Source of the DNA: Rotaria socialis
Taxonomy: Eukaryota
Length of the DNA: 49,642 nucleotides
Assembly (NCBI GenBank): GCA_905331295.1
Contig: CAJNYD010000072.1
Span: 1 to 49,642 of the forward strand
Direction: 5' to 3'
The notes under the pieces are model-generated. The model did not search any database. It worked only from the letters and a program-made list of their open reading frames with translations, and was not told the DNA's origin. Position numbers and translations under genes: made by a program. Shown one piece after another: positions 25,106 through 35,786 of this stretch (its first letter is position 1; every line of letters starts with the position of its first letter).

Positions 25106-27217
25106 ATGTCATATCATACATATAATCAATATGAAAGAATGTCATCAAAAGAAAAGGATGTTATTTGTGATTCAAATGATGTAATAATAACTGGTAAAAG
25201 TCGAGAAAATGTTCCGGATAAAGAATACATTGAAAATGATCTACAACAAAATGACTTAAACATTAACAACATTACTAAACACCCTTTTAAAAGACAACTT
25301 ACCTCATCAAGCTATATCGGTGATAATGTTCCAAACGAAGATGATAATGATAATGATAAATTTATCCTTGTCGGTATGCAAAATAAACGTAAACAAAGAC
25401 GTGTTGGTGAAAAAACAAATAAAGAAAACAATGACGATGATTTATTAATCATAGACCAAAATACTGCCACAACAACAAACATCAATGTAAATAACGGACG
25501 GATGTTTATAAATAGCAAAAATAAATCGTATAACAATATGAACAGAAACGAAAATTTTAACAATCAACAAATGAATCACTCCTATAACCGAAATACACAG
25601 GAAGACAAATACAAAAATAAAAACAAGAAATATGACATGTCAAATGATTCATATAATCAGGATCAAAATATTTCAGAAATTCAGAATGTTAAATTATCAG
25701 ATGAACTTGATAAAAACCCTAGAATTAGAACAAAAGAAAAGGGTAACTTGGACATACATATTTCACAACATGCTCTACTCTATGCTGTAGAAAACAATTT
25801 TCCACCAATAAAACTAGGTTGTCAACCTAAAATTAATCTAAATCAACAAGGAAATGATATAATAAAAGGGCTTTTTGCATCTATTGAAAACAATTTTCGT
25901 CTAAAAAATAAGAATTATCATCATCCATTAGGATTTGACTATTGGTATCTGGATAAAAATGGCGACTTAACTTGTTACACTAAACATACTGAACTGTTTG
26001 TCTATCTATGCGATTCTCAAAACATTCCAACGCAAATCAGCAACACGAATATCACTCCATCAAGACCAAGACATCTACCTGCTCAACATTCTATTGTACT
26101 CAAGTTTGTACCAAATTACATTACAAATGAAGAAATTGAAATTGAAATTAAAACATCTGTTAAGTCAGTTTTTAATATCGAAGAAATGAAAGGATCAAGA
26201 ACGGAAAAATCTCGTCATGTGAGACTTGAGATTACATCTATTGATGATTATAATTTGATTATTAATAATGGAGGAATTACTATAAACGGACATTTAATAG
26301 AAGCTCATGAATTTCTTTCTCCACCTCGTCTATTAATATGCTCAAAATGTAATGAACCGGGACATATTCGACGCAATTGTCACTTCCAATATGATGCATG
26401 TCGCCGATGTGGTAAAGATCGTTCAATAGGTGAACATAAAGAATGTAATGTCTGTTGTCATCGTTGCAACCAAAATCACCTATCTACAGATTACAAATGT
26501 CCATTTCTTGTCGATTATCGTCGATCTCTTATATTCAAACTTAAAGATCAACCCAATTTGTTACCACCTAACGTAAATATTTTCATTCCTACAGAATGTC
26601 GAGAACGAGGTGTTAAGAACAATCAAATATTAAGTAATCCTTCTTTCAAATTAAATAATAATTCAACAAACCTTAAAAATACTTCAAAATTTAATATATC
26701 GTCTCATGCATGGCCAACATTAAGTAATATCACAGGTGATGGTATTGATACTCAAATAAATGATGAATCAGTATGGAATGAACTAAAATTAAAACAAATT
26801 GAATTAAATAAGACAAATGATGAATTAAATTTAAAAGTTCAATTATTAAAAACTAAATATGATGATCACATGAAAAAAATGAACTCTATTTTGTTAATTA
26901 TCTCACAACAAGTTAAAATTCAAAATGAAAGTATTGAAAGATGTTACACTACAATAAACGAAATATTACCAATAATCTCGTCAACTTTCGAAGTCTTTCA
27001 ACAACTATTTACAAATCCTGGTATGTTAAATAAAACTGAAAGTAACAGAAATGAAAATCAAAATATTATGAATCACATCTCTCAGTCACTTGAATTCATT
27101 AAAAACAGAAATGATCTTCTCACTAATAATCAAACAGTACTCAACTCTCTTGTTGATCAACAAAATGCATTGATGATTCAAGGAATTAATAATTTGATTT
27201 CAAACAATGAACAGTAA
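25106..27217 (+). CDS. LINE ORF1 (gag-like nucleic-acid chaperone, three Cys/His knuckles, C-terminal coiled-coil-like region)
   Basis: 703-aa intronless ORF containing CSKCNEPGHIRRNC, CRRCGKDRSIGEHKEC and CHRCNQNHLSTDYKC. Confidence 0.92.
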   Translation: MSYHTYNQYERMSSKEKDVICDSNDVIITGKSRENVPDKEYIENDLQQNDLNINNITKHPFKRQLTSSSYIGDNVPNEDDNDNDKFILVGMQNKRKQRRVGEKTNKENNDDDLLIIDQNTATTTNINVNNGRMFINSKNKSYNNMNRNENFNNQQMNHSYNRNTQEDKYKNKNKKYDMSNDSYNQDQNISEIQNVKLSDELDKNPRIRTKEKGNLDIHISQHALLYAVENNFPPIKLGCQPKINLNQQGNDIIKGLFASIENNFRLKNKNYHHPLGFDYWYLDKNGDLTCYTKHTELFVYLCDSQNIPTQISNTNITPSRPRHLPAQHSIVLKFVPNYITNEEIEIEIKTSVKSVFNIEEMKGSRTEKSRHVRLEITSIDDYNLIINNGGITINGHLIEAHEFLSPPRLLICSKCNEPGHIRRNCHFQYDACRRCGKDRSIGEHKECNVCCHRCNQNHLSTDYKCPFLVDYRRSLIFKLKDQPNLLPPNVNIFIPTECRERGVKNNQILSNPSFKLNNNSTNLKNTSKFNISSHAWPTLSNITGDGIDTQINDESVWNELKLKQIELNKTNDELNLKVQLLKTKYDDHMKKMNSILLIISQQVKIQNESIERCYTTINEILPIISSTFEVFQQLFTNPGMLNKTESNRNENQNIMNHISQSLEFIKNRNDLLTNNQTVLNSLVDQQNALMIQGINNLISNNEQ

Positions 27218-27267
27218 TATTTTCCATTATTCATCGCCGACAATAACTCCTGATACCTTGAAATCAT

Positions 27268-30183
27268 TTGCTGGGACACAAAAAGAAAAAAAATATTTTA
27301 AGTGAAATAAGAAATGAATGGAATTCTCGTATGTCGATCTCTCAACTATGTAATTATTGGAAAAAAGTTCCCCCAAACTCTGTAAAACAAAATCTATTAT
27401 GCCTCCTATATAATGTTGAAGGATTAAATACTCATGTTGCTGATGTTGATATTTTACTGTCAAGCTATAACCCCCATATTTGCATACTGACAGGCGTTGG
27501 ATCAGCCATAAAGAAAAGCTTTACATTTCCGAATTACCTATCATTCTCTCAAGTGGGTACTAACTCTTTTGGCGGTGTTATGATATTGTACCACACATCC
27601 ATCAAATGTAAATTATTAGATTGTGAAACAAACTTCATTTTAATTGAATTATCGCTTTCAAAAGAAACTTTTTATATAGGTGGATTATATGTTCCTCCTG
27701 GCTCTTTACCCCCTTTTCAATTACTATCTAAACATCAAAACAAATCATTCTATATATTTGGCGACTTTAATGCCAAACACACAGAGTGGGGATGTAAAAA
27801 TAATAATACAAGCGGAGTACATCTTCAAAATTGGCTAGAAGCAACAGGAAATGAATTAATTGTTCCTCAAAAAGCAACATCAAAAAGATCTGACTCAATT
27901 ATAGACTTTGGTATTACTTGCGACGCAACTGGTTGGACTTCAGAAGTACTTGATGAAGGCACTTCTGATCACTATCCGATTCTCTTTCAATCATCAATTT
28001 CAGTTGGAGAAAATTCGTGTTTTAGGATAACTAACTGGAAAATATTTACATTCTTTCTAACAACAATCTATGAATATTGGCTTTCAGTGGTATACAATCT
28101 AGATGATGAATCTTTTTTTAATATTTTTTCATTATTTCTCACATCACTATGGGACAGATGTAGCAACTACGAAAAAGTAAATAAATACCGTCCCCCATGG
28201 CCTCCATATCTTGTCCTTATGGCAAAATCTACTAATAGAGCTCGTCGCAAATACAGAAGAAATCGTACATTTTTAAATCTACAATTCTTTCTAAATTTAA
28301 AAGAATTATTTATCAATGAACGCAATCATATTCTAGAATCAAAAGCAGAAAAGAAATTATCATGGATATCAAATGGACACAACATATGGAAATTTGCAAA
28401 ACCATCTTTTCACTCCTTTTCTCCACCATTTCATGGTCTCTCAATAGATAAGCAAAAAATAACCATCTCACAGGAGATCGTTGATAAAGTAGCAGATTTT
28501 TTTGAAGAACATTTTCAAGAACCAAAGCATGATGTAAACAATCCTGCTCATACTGAAGCAATAATTTCATATAACCAAATTGAATATACTCCAAATATTC
28601 CTCTTGAACAAATCACAATACTTGAAGTAAATAACGAATGGAAAAAATTTAAAGGAAAGAAATCTACTGACAGTATGGGAACGTCTGCGTATATGTTAAA
28701 ACAACTACCTCAAGAATATATTACGATAATAACGATACTTTTTAATAAATGTGCGCTAAAGGGGAATTTTTTCGAAGCTAGTAAGCATGCAAAAGTTATT
28801 TGCTTATCAAAAGATGGGCTATTTCCAGCAGTAAACAAGCTTAGACCTATCTCATTACTACCAAATGTTGGAAAATGGTATGAACGTATCATCCACACTA
28901 GAATACTGAAATGGTGCGATCAGAACAATATCTATGTGGATGAGCAATCAGGATTTACTGCTCAAAGAAGACTTCAAACAAGAATCATTTCATTAATTGA
29001 AGATATTAGACTAACAGTTACAGCATGCAACAGACCCGCTCTTGTTGTATTTGTTGATTTTTTGTCCGCTTTTGATAGGATGTGGTATCCTGCTCTAATA
29101 TCCACGTTGAAAACACTCGAAATGCCACTATCTTTATTGAAATGGATTGCAAACTGGCTGAAAGATCGTACGCTATATATTCAACATGGAGATGCCCTCT
29201 CCCGTAAAATAAAGATGTTTGTTGGTGCTCCACAAGGGTCAATACTCGCCGCTACTCTTTTTAAACTGCACATACATTTCTTACCATCGTGTTTCATGAA
29301 AATTACAACTCACCTCTTTGCCGATGACTTGGCGTTGCTATTTCTGGGATCAGTTGAGAAAAAATTCTCACACAATATAATAGATCTAGAAATACAAGCA
29401 AAAGATGTTATGTTTAATTTGGAGAAATATGCAAATAATATGTTACTACCTGTAAATGTTAATAAAACTAAAGCACTCCTAGTGCATAACATAATTTCCC
29501 CTCCGTTACCGCGTATAAAATATAAAGATCAAGAAATTGAATTTGTCTCTAAGTTTAAATATCTAGGAGTAACAATCGCTTGTAAATTAGGTTGGGGAAT
29601 TTATTTAAATAATGTATTAAATTCTATAAGGAAAATATACAACGCAATGAAAATTTTATTTTATAATATTCCAAAAAAATTTATTAGTCTTAGACGAAAA
29701 CTTTTCTTAGCTTATGCGCTTCCCCATTTTATATGGATGTTTCCAATCTGGTTCTTTCTGACTGAAAAACAGAAGGAAAAGACATACTCTTTATATTGTT
29801 CAGGAATTAGATTGGTGTATGGATTAAAAGGATGGGATGATATATCTACCATGATAATTAGTCAAGAAAAATCTCTTTATGATTTTATTTTTCGATATTG
29901 GTATAAATTTTCATATCATCTTGAAACAGCAAATGAAGCAACACAATATCAACATACCTGGACAGCATACCTAGCAGCTAAATCGCCTGATAAAATTTGG
30001 TATAGAAGCATGGGGTTGAGAAAAAATAATTTTTTTCTAAATAGACTTTCTGCGAGAGCGCAGCATAGTAAAAATGATTGGATAAGTTTTCGAGACAATC
30101 ACAAGAAGCAACATGAGTATTTTAAAAATTCAACATTATATTTAAATATGTTTATTTATAAATACTTCTTATTACCACCTTAA
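27268..30183 (+). CDS. LINE ORF2: apurinic-like endonuclease plus reverse transcriptase
   Basis: APE motifs YNVEGL, GDFNAKH, SIIDF and SDHYP. RT motifs LRPISLL, EQSGF, FVDFLSAFDRM, GAPQGSIL, LFADD and FKYLGV. The first in-frame ATG is at 27331; see the frameshift finding. Confidence 0.95.
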   Translation: MLGHKKKKNILSEIRNEWNSRMSISQLCNYWKKVPPNSVKQNLLCLLYNVEGLNTHVADVDILLSSYNPHICILTGVGSAIKKSFTFPNYLSFSQVGTNSFGGVMILYHTSIKCKLLDCETNFILIELSLSKETFYIGGLYVPPGSLPPFQLLSKHQNKSFYIFGDFNAKHTEWGCKNNNTSGVHLQNWLEATGNELIVPQKATSKRSDSIIDFGITCDATGWTSEVLDEGTSDHYPILFQSSISVGENSCFRITNWKIFTFFLTTIYEYWLSVVYNLDDESFFNIFSLFLTSLWDRCSNYEKVNKYRPPWPPYLVLMAKSTNRARRKYRRNRTFLNLQFFLNLKELFINERNHILESKAEKKLSWISNGHNIWKFAKPSFHSFSPPFHGLSIDKQKITISQEIVDKVADFFEEHFQEPKHDVNNPAHTEAIISYNQIEYTPNIPLEQITILEVNNEWKKFKGKKSTDSMGTSAYMLKQLPQEYITIITILFNKCALKGNFFEASKHAKVICLSKDGLFPAVNKLRPISLLPNVGKWYERIIHTRILKWCDQNNIYVDEQSGFTAQRRLQTRIISLIEDIRLTVTACNRPALVVFVDFLSAFDRMWYPALISTLKTLEMPLSLLKWIANWLKDRTLYIQHGDALSRKIKMFVGAPQGSILAATLFKLHIHFLPSCFMKITTHLFADDLALLFLGSVEKKFSHNIIDLEIQAKDVMFNLEKYANNMLLPVNVNKTKALLVHNIISPPLPRIKYKDQEIEFVSKFKYLGVTIACKLGWGIYLNNVLNSIRKIYNAMKILFYNIPKKFISLRRKLFLAYALPHFIWMFPIWFFLTEKQKEKTYSLYCSGIRLVYGLKGWDDISTMIISQEKSLYDFIFRYWYKFSYHLETANEATQYQHTWTAYLAAKSPDKIWYRSMGLRKNNFFLNRLSARAQHSKNDWISFRDNHKKQHEYFKNSTLYLNMFIYKYFLLPP

Positions 30184-30758
30184 TCATTCTAAAACCAGTG
30201 TTAATTTAATTATGATAACTAAAACTAATCTAGTAATAGATGGCGCCAAGTATCTAAAGCCCTACACTATCTCACTCACTACTATTATATATGCATATTT
30301 TTTTCTATCTAAATGTTACTTGTTATTATGTTTTCTGCTCTTTTATAAATGTTACTTACTTACTCTTATGTTTCTGTTCCGTTCTGTTCTACTCTAATGA
30401 AAATGTTTCTTATGTTTTATACTTTATCTATTCTCTCGTCAAGTAATCTACTTTTCTCTCTCACTTCAAATTAACACATTAAGCCTAAATTATTACTATG
30501 GTACTGATAAATTTTTAAACTGTTGTTTCATAGGTAACTTATACATCTCCTTTATTTATCCTTCTTTTTTCCCCTTTTCTTAACTGTTATTTATGTGAAC
30601 CTGTTTATGGCACAATAAAGTAAATGTTAAAAAAAAAAGATAGAATAATCAATTTGATGTTTCTTTTTTAATAATAGAGCAAACAAACAAAAAAAAGAAA
30701 GAAGCCTAGGTTTTTCTCTCGAGTTTATTGGAGCATAAAAGAAAAGTTTGAATATATA

Positions 30759-31967
30759 TTAGATGATGATTTCCATTTCACGTGCATACTGAATCATTTG
30801 TGTTGCGATTTCATCAGCAGGTACACGTTCATTTTCATGTTTTATTTGATTGTCAGCAAAACGAAATGATTGATCGAATTCTAATTTCCATCCGTGCTAC
30901 AATAATGAAAACAATTCCAATCATTGCATCATACACTTCGTTTTTGTGTTCTTACTTTTTTCGTTATTTCGGCTAATTCTTCTGGATTATTTAAATAAAG
31001 AATGCGTGCAGCTTCATTTAACGACACTTGTCGATAAGATTTTTCCATACAATAAGCGATTTCATCACTGAAAAACAAATATATGAATGTTATCAAGTAT
31101 AAAAAAAAAAGCTACCGAATAGTATTAAGAAGAATATCCATAAAGAAAGTGAACAGAGGCGATGGGACATTTCCTTTAGCAAGAAAAACCTAAGAAAATC
31201 GAACAATGTAATTCAGATTTATATGTAATTCTATGAATTTTTTACCTTGTTATAACTTCCTTCCATCAGGTACTGCTCCAATGAAACAGGGTGCTTTATG
31301 TATGGATTTGTTTGAATGATTTTTGGTGAAAGTAATTCCAATTCCTAGAAGAAATGCAAAACTTGTCTATTTCGACAAAATAAGATTTTCTACCGTATGA
31401 AAATCAGCTAGACGATTTTGTGAAAGTAAACAAAGTAGATTCAAACCCAGTAATAGATAACGATATGGTGATTCAGGTATTCGATTTCTTGATTTAAGAA
31501 AAAATGATTAATTAATTAATTTAAAAAAAAAAGAAAAACTGAACATACTCAAGATCAAAATAGAATGGCTTCAGTTGAGCAAGAGCTCGTTCAAATGCTG
31601 GTATATCACCTTTTTGAATTGCACATTGAGCAGCAATTTCAAGTGTATCACCTATTTACAGATATGTTGTTGTTTTTATTTTATGCATACTATTTAATAT
31701 GAGAGATAAAACATACGTGCAACATGTAAACCACGTGTATCTTCACTCGAATCGGATGGATAAAATCCACCTTCGGCAAATAAATTCTGCGGAAGAAAAA
31801 TAAATTTTACTTGATAAAAGCAAACAAGCACAAAATACTTTTAATGCATTGAGCAATTCATCGGTTTTGCCAACATTTGGAGGCTTACGGCTCCATTCAA
31901 TTTTTAGTTTTTCATATATTGGTAAAGCTTCTTTTAATTTAGTATCGATTGCGGTTGTAGTTGCCAT
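30759..31967 (-). CDS. PSMD8: 26S proteasome non-ATPase regulatory subunit 8 (Rpn12), multi-exon
   Basis: Exons give [105 protein letters not shown] and YAREMEIII*. Confidence 0.95.
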
Positions 31968-33371
31968 CTGAAAACTTCGAACACGGAATAAGATATTAAT
32001 GTGTGAAGTTGTTTTAGTACTTGTTTGTCGAATAAAAAATTTGTTCGATCTCAGCTTTTGTATAACAACAGATTTGCTTAATTACTATTGGACACATATA
32101 TCAACGATACATATACAAACAACTGCTGTTCGCCAGCGTCATCTACTGGCGCAGATCTTCGCGTATATATTGCTTATTTAATCAGTCTCGTCGATGCTTT
32201 AATTTGAATAATTAGATTTATAACAATATGAAAGGCAAATATCAAAGTGATAAATTATAAGAATTTCTTCCAGAATTTGTACAGAATCTCATCGATGCTA
32301 AAATAAAATATCTGTCTTGCTGTTACATTCATTTTCAATGGTAAACATGTAAGTGTAAGTATTAAAACAGTTCTAGAGAAAATATGCCCTGACCTTCTAT
32401 GATTGGCAAACTCTTATTTTTCCAAGAAATTATTGTCGCAGTGACGGGAAGTGCATGTACCGATTGCGAATTTCAGTGTAGGCATTCACTCTATTTGTTG
32501 TTGTTGTTGTTGTTGTTATTCGATAAAATGTTACATGTTATAATGCATCTTATTGAATCGATTGTCAACGAAAAATAAAAGTGGAATGTCTTTATAGAGA
32601 AAAAAATCAATAAAATAGATGCTCGAAAAAGTTCTTAAAAACTATCAACTGAGAGAGTGATCACTGTTCACGCGCGATAAATATCTGTATACTTTATATG
32701 GAAAAATTCTTTTGAGATATCGAACATCATTATACTTCTTGTAGAGTAATCAAATTCTCACCGACAATTTCATTAATAAATCGCAAATTTCTGAAAAAGA
32801 GATTTTCAAAAGGTGTCGCTAAAAACCATCAATAATGCAAAAACATTTCCGGTGGTTGTGTCATAGCATATTGTAATGCGACTTCAGCGAATCATTGTTT
32901 TATTAGAGCATGTTTTTCCTTTCCACCGCAATATTGTATACATATCATTAATAGTTCGAGTCAGTGTTCCGAATCATGAGTGCACCAAGCAAAACCAAAG
33001 TGAGTGCTTCACGCACTTTATTTGATTTGCACGCTATTTTGCACTTTGCTCGAAAAAGTAGAATGCACATACTGCGCTCTATTATAAAATGTTTCACTTT
33101 GTTTTATATTTTTATTTATATTGGTTGTTTCATCTTTTAAATCGATTTTCTTATATACATGTATTATGTTCTTTGATTCAAGTAAATAGTCTTCTCTTAT
33201 TCTTATTTCAGATAATGAATGAATAACAGTCATTTAGACATTCTCAAACATCGTTTCTAGAAAATGTTTTAATTCAATTAACTAGATCATCATTTGATCA
33301 ATCAAAAGTAAACTTAAATGGCAGTATTATATGACTTTTTTGTTTTCTATTATATGTATATTTGGTGAACT

Positions 33372-34303
33372 ATCGGGTACACCAGGATAAATGGACCTTT
33401 CAATGTTTGCTGAATAACTCTTTCATTTTTTATTCTCTAGGCTTGAAGTTTTCGCCGAAGATGCGCCATTCAATTCTTTCCAAAATTTGTATTAGATGCT
33501 TTTCTGTTGAAAGTTAAGTGAAGAAATTTAGAAAAACAACATGCAACACGTGCAAAAAAACCACCTCTCAAAGTAATTTTTAAAATAGACTTCGCACAAT
33601 TTTTCCTGATTACACACAAAATGAAACGAAAGCGAAGATATTTCTGAGTAAATTTAAGTGTGCTCTTTCTCGATACGTAGCTCAGAATCCGTTGAAATTG
33701 TACTGAAGATCGAAAAATCTGACTTAAAATTCTTATACAAAATGGCTAAAATCAAATATTTGTTGCCAACTGAATTGAATAAAAAAATTAAAGGTCAGTG
33801 TTCGTCTCTGTTTATGGTATAGTAGTCATTTTCCATCAAAATGAAAAAAATCTGAACCCAAAAGGTGCTATATTAGGTTAGCTATGCCTCTTTTTCCAGC
33901 GGTGCCGAAACTGCTGATTGAAAAAGCTAAATTCTCAAAACTTTGAAAGAAAAGAGGCATATAGTACCGCGTATGGATAAACTTCAAAAAAAATTTCAAT
34001 TATGATCGATCAATTGAGCTTTTCAAGGGCTACAAAATCCCTATATTGTTTAACTTTCATCGTTATTAGCTGACGAAAAACTCTGAAAAAACTATTTTTC
34101 AGGTTCGAACGTTTGTCGTATTATACGTGTTGAATATTCTTTTTTTAAATTTCTTCACTTAACTTTCAACAGAAAAGCATCTAATACAAATTTTGTAGAG
34201 AATTAAATAGCGCTTCTTTGGCGAAAAATTCAAGCATACGGGAAAAAAATGAAGGAGTTATTCAACAAACAGTGAAAGGTCCATTTATCCGGGTGCATCC
34301 GAT
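33372..34303. mobile_element. MITE/non-autonomous DNA transposon with ~165-bp imperfect TIRs (Tc1/mariner-like ends)
   Basis: 33372-33536 (atcgggtacaccaggataaatggacctttca...ttgaaagttaagtgaagaaattta) is an imperfect reverse complement of ~34140-34303. The left end reads TA-TCGGG; the right flank reads TT rather than TA. Confidence 0.85.
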
Positions 34304-34623
34304 TGGATGGATATCCAGATGTACAGATAATCCTCATAACTGATTTAGGTTTTTGTTAATCTTGTGACTAAATAATGATTTACATATGGGTTTTGATTAT
34401 TATTTATATGTATACATGTACATAAAAGCCTAGAGTATGAAATATAAACTATTATTTCTTTTTTTCTAGATACATTTATATATTTTCACTTTGCTGCACT
34501 TTGGCTGTTGAAACGGAGTGCAACATCTCACTTTACCTGCTGAAAAAGAGTGCGAGATCTCACCATAATTCGAATTCTCATTCGGAACACTGGTTCGAGT
34601 TGTTTTTTCTTTAAACGTCTGTC

Positions 34624-35187
34624 ATGGATGCTGTAGAGAAAATTGTGGGAAGTGGCGTAGCTTTATTTTGGCTTGATAAACATATTGGTCTACCTGGTGT
34701 CTGTACTCAACTAAAACAAGAGTTCGAATCGAACACAACTAACCTGTATTCATTTTCTACTGTTGATCAATGTCGTTCGTTTTTGCAGTCAGTTAAGAAT
34801 CGAAAGCTTTTTTGTATTATTCAAGGTTCACTGGCAAAAACTGTTGTTCCAGATATCGATCGATATGAACAATCATTATCACCTGTAGTTTATATTTTTT
34901 GTCTTGACGTGAGTGCTTACTCTGAATGGGGTCAAAATTATGACTGTATATTACGCGGTGGAATTTTTGATCATGAACAAGACGTTTTGACTCATTTAAC
35001 TCATGATTTATCTGAATATGCTGCTTTGAAAGTTCAAGAATACTCTTTCAAAAGAGCCGCTTGCGATGAATGGGCACAAAATTTAGCTAGAAATGCCAAA
35101 CGACTTCGAACAGAACAATGCACTTTAACGTTTCGTACCGATCCATTCAGTGACACAGACACAGACTGTGCAGAAGCACAAAATTAA
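34624..35187 (+). CDS. Intronless 187-aa protein, stand-alone degenerate receiver (CheY-like) domain of the bdelloid-expanded type
   Basis: Clean ATG-to-stop ORF with an alternating beta/alpha pattern: LFWLD..FSTVDQCRSFL..KLFCIIQG..VVYIFC..EWG..GGIFDHEQDVL. The family assignment is from recognition only. Confidence 0.7.
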   Translation: MDAVEKIVGSGVALFWLDKHIGLPGVCTQLKQEFESNTTNLYSFSTVDQCRSFLQSVKNRKLFCIIQGSLAKTVVPDIDRYEQSLSPVVYIFCLDVSAYSEWGQNYDCILRGGIFDHEQDVLTHLTHDLSEYAALKVQEYSFKRAACDEWAQNLARNAKRLRTEQCTLTFRTDPFSDTDTDCAEAQN

Positions 35188-35786
35188 ATTTGTATTTTTT
35201 TTTTTAAATAATCTCATTTATTCACATTAAATATGTCTTAATTAAAGTTTCATAGTTACCACAGTCATATTGTCTAGATATTTAAATGAAGAGAAAATTC
35301 TATTTTCCTAGTAGAAAATTTATTCAAACGAATGCAAATAATGACATGGCAGACATGAAAACTTCCGAAGAAAATAAATATTTCAATTCTAAACCCAACG
35401 AACAGTATACAAATGAATTAGCTAAAGTTTACGAAATAGATACTCGTGGAAAATTTACAGTCATAGTTCGTAGATCATTCGTTCGAATGCATATTCGGCC
35501 AACAACAAATATAAATCCATGTTATTCATATGATGTATCGTCTATGTGTGATTCAGAAGTGCTCTTACAATCGAATAGAACTCGTAACTATGACTGGAAG
35601 CAAAATAGAAAAGGAAAACGAAGGACACCAATACATAGAAGCATGCAAATATTGATAACAACAATTAAAACCTCATCGAATTTGATTGTTCATGAATGTA
35701 CGTTCCAATAGTGACTTATAATAAAAGAATAATCTATTTCTTTGACGAAAAATGTTTTAAAAACATAGAAGAATCGTTCGATTAAG

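Larger units (their letters stand above)
24956..30634 (+). mobile_element. Full-length non-LTR retrotransposon (LINE, jockey/I-group-like, comparable to bdelloid Hebe) with target-site duplication
   Basis: TSD aaaagatagaataatcaattt at 24935-24955 and 30635-30655. ORF1 carries CCHC knuckles and ORF2 is APE+RT. The T-rich 3' UTR has AATAAA at 30614 and a short A tail. Confidence 0.95.

Noticed and set aside
25312..29492. Short antisense and alternative-frame ORFs inside the LINE
   Set aside because: Shadows of ORF1 and ORF2 with no independent features.
35286..35711. 141-aa ORF between the receiver-like gene and the membrane-protein gene
   Set aside because: No recognisable domain. It may contain an upstream exon of the 35787 gene but cannot be supported as its own CDS.
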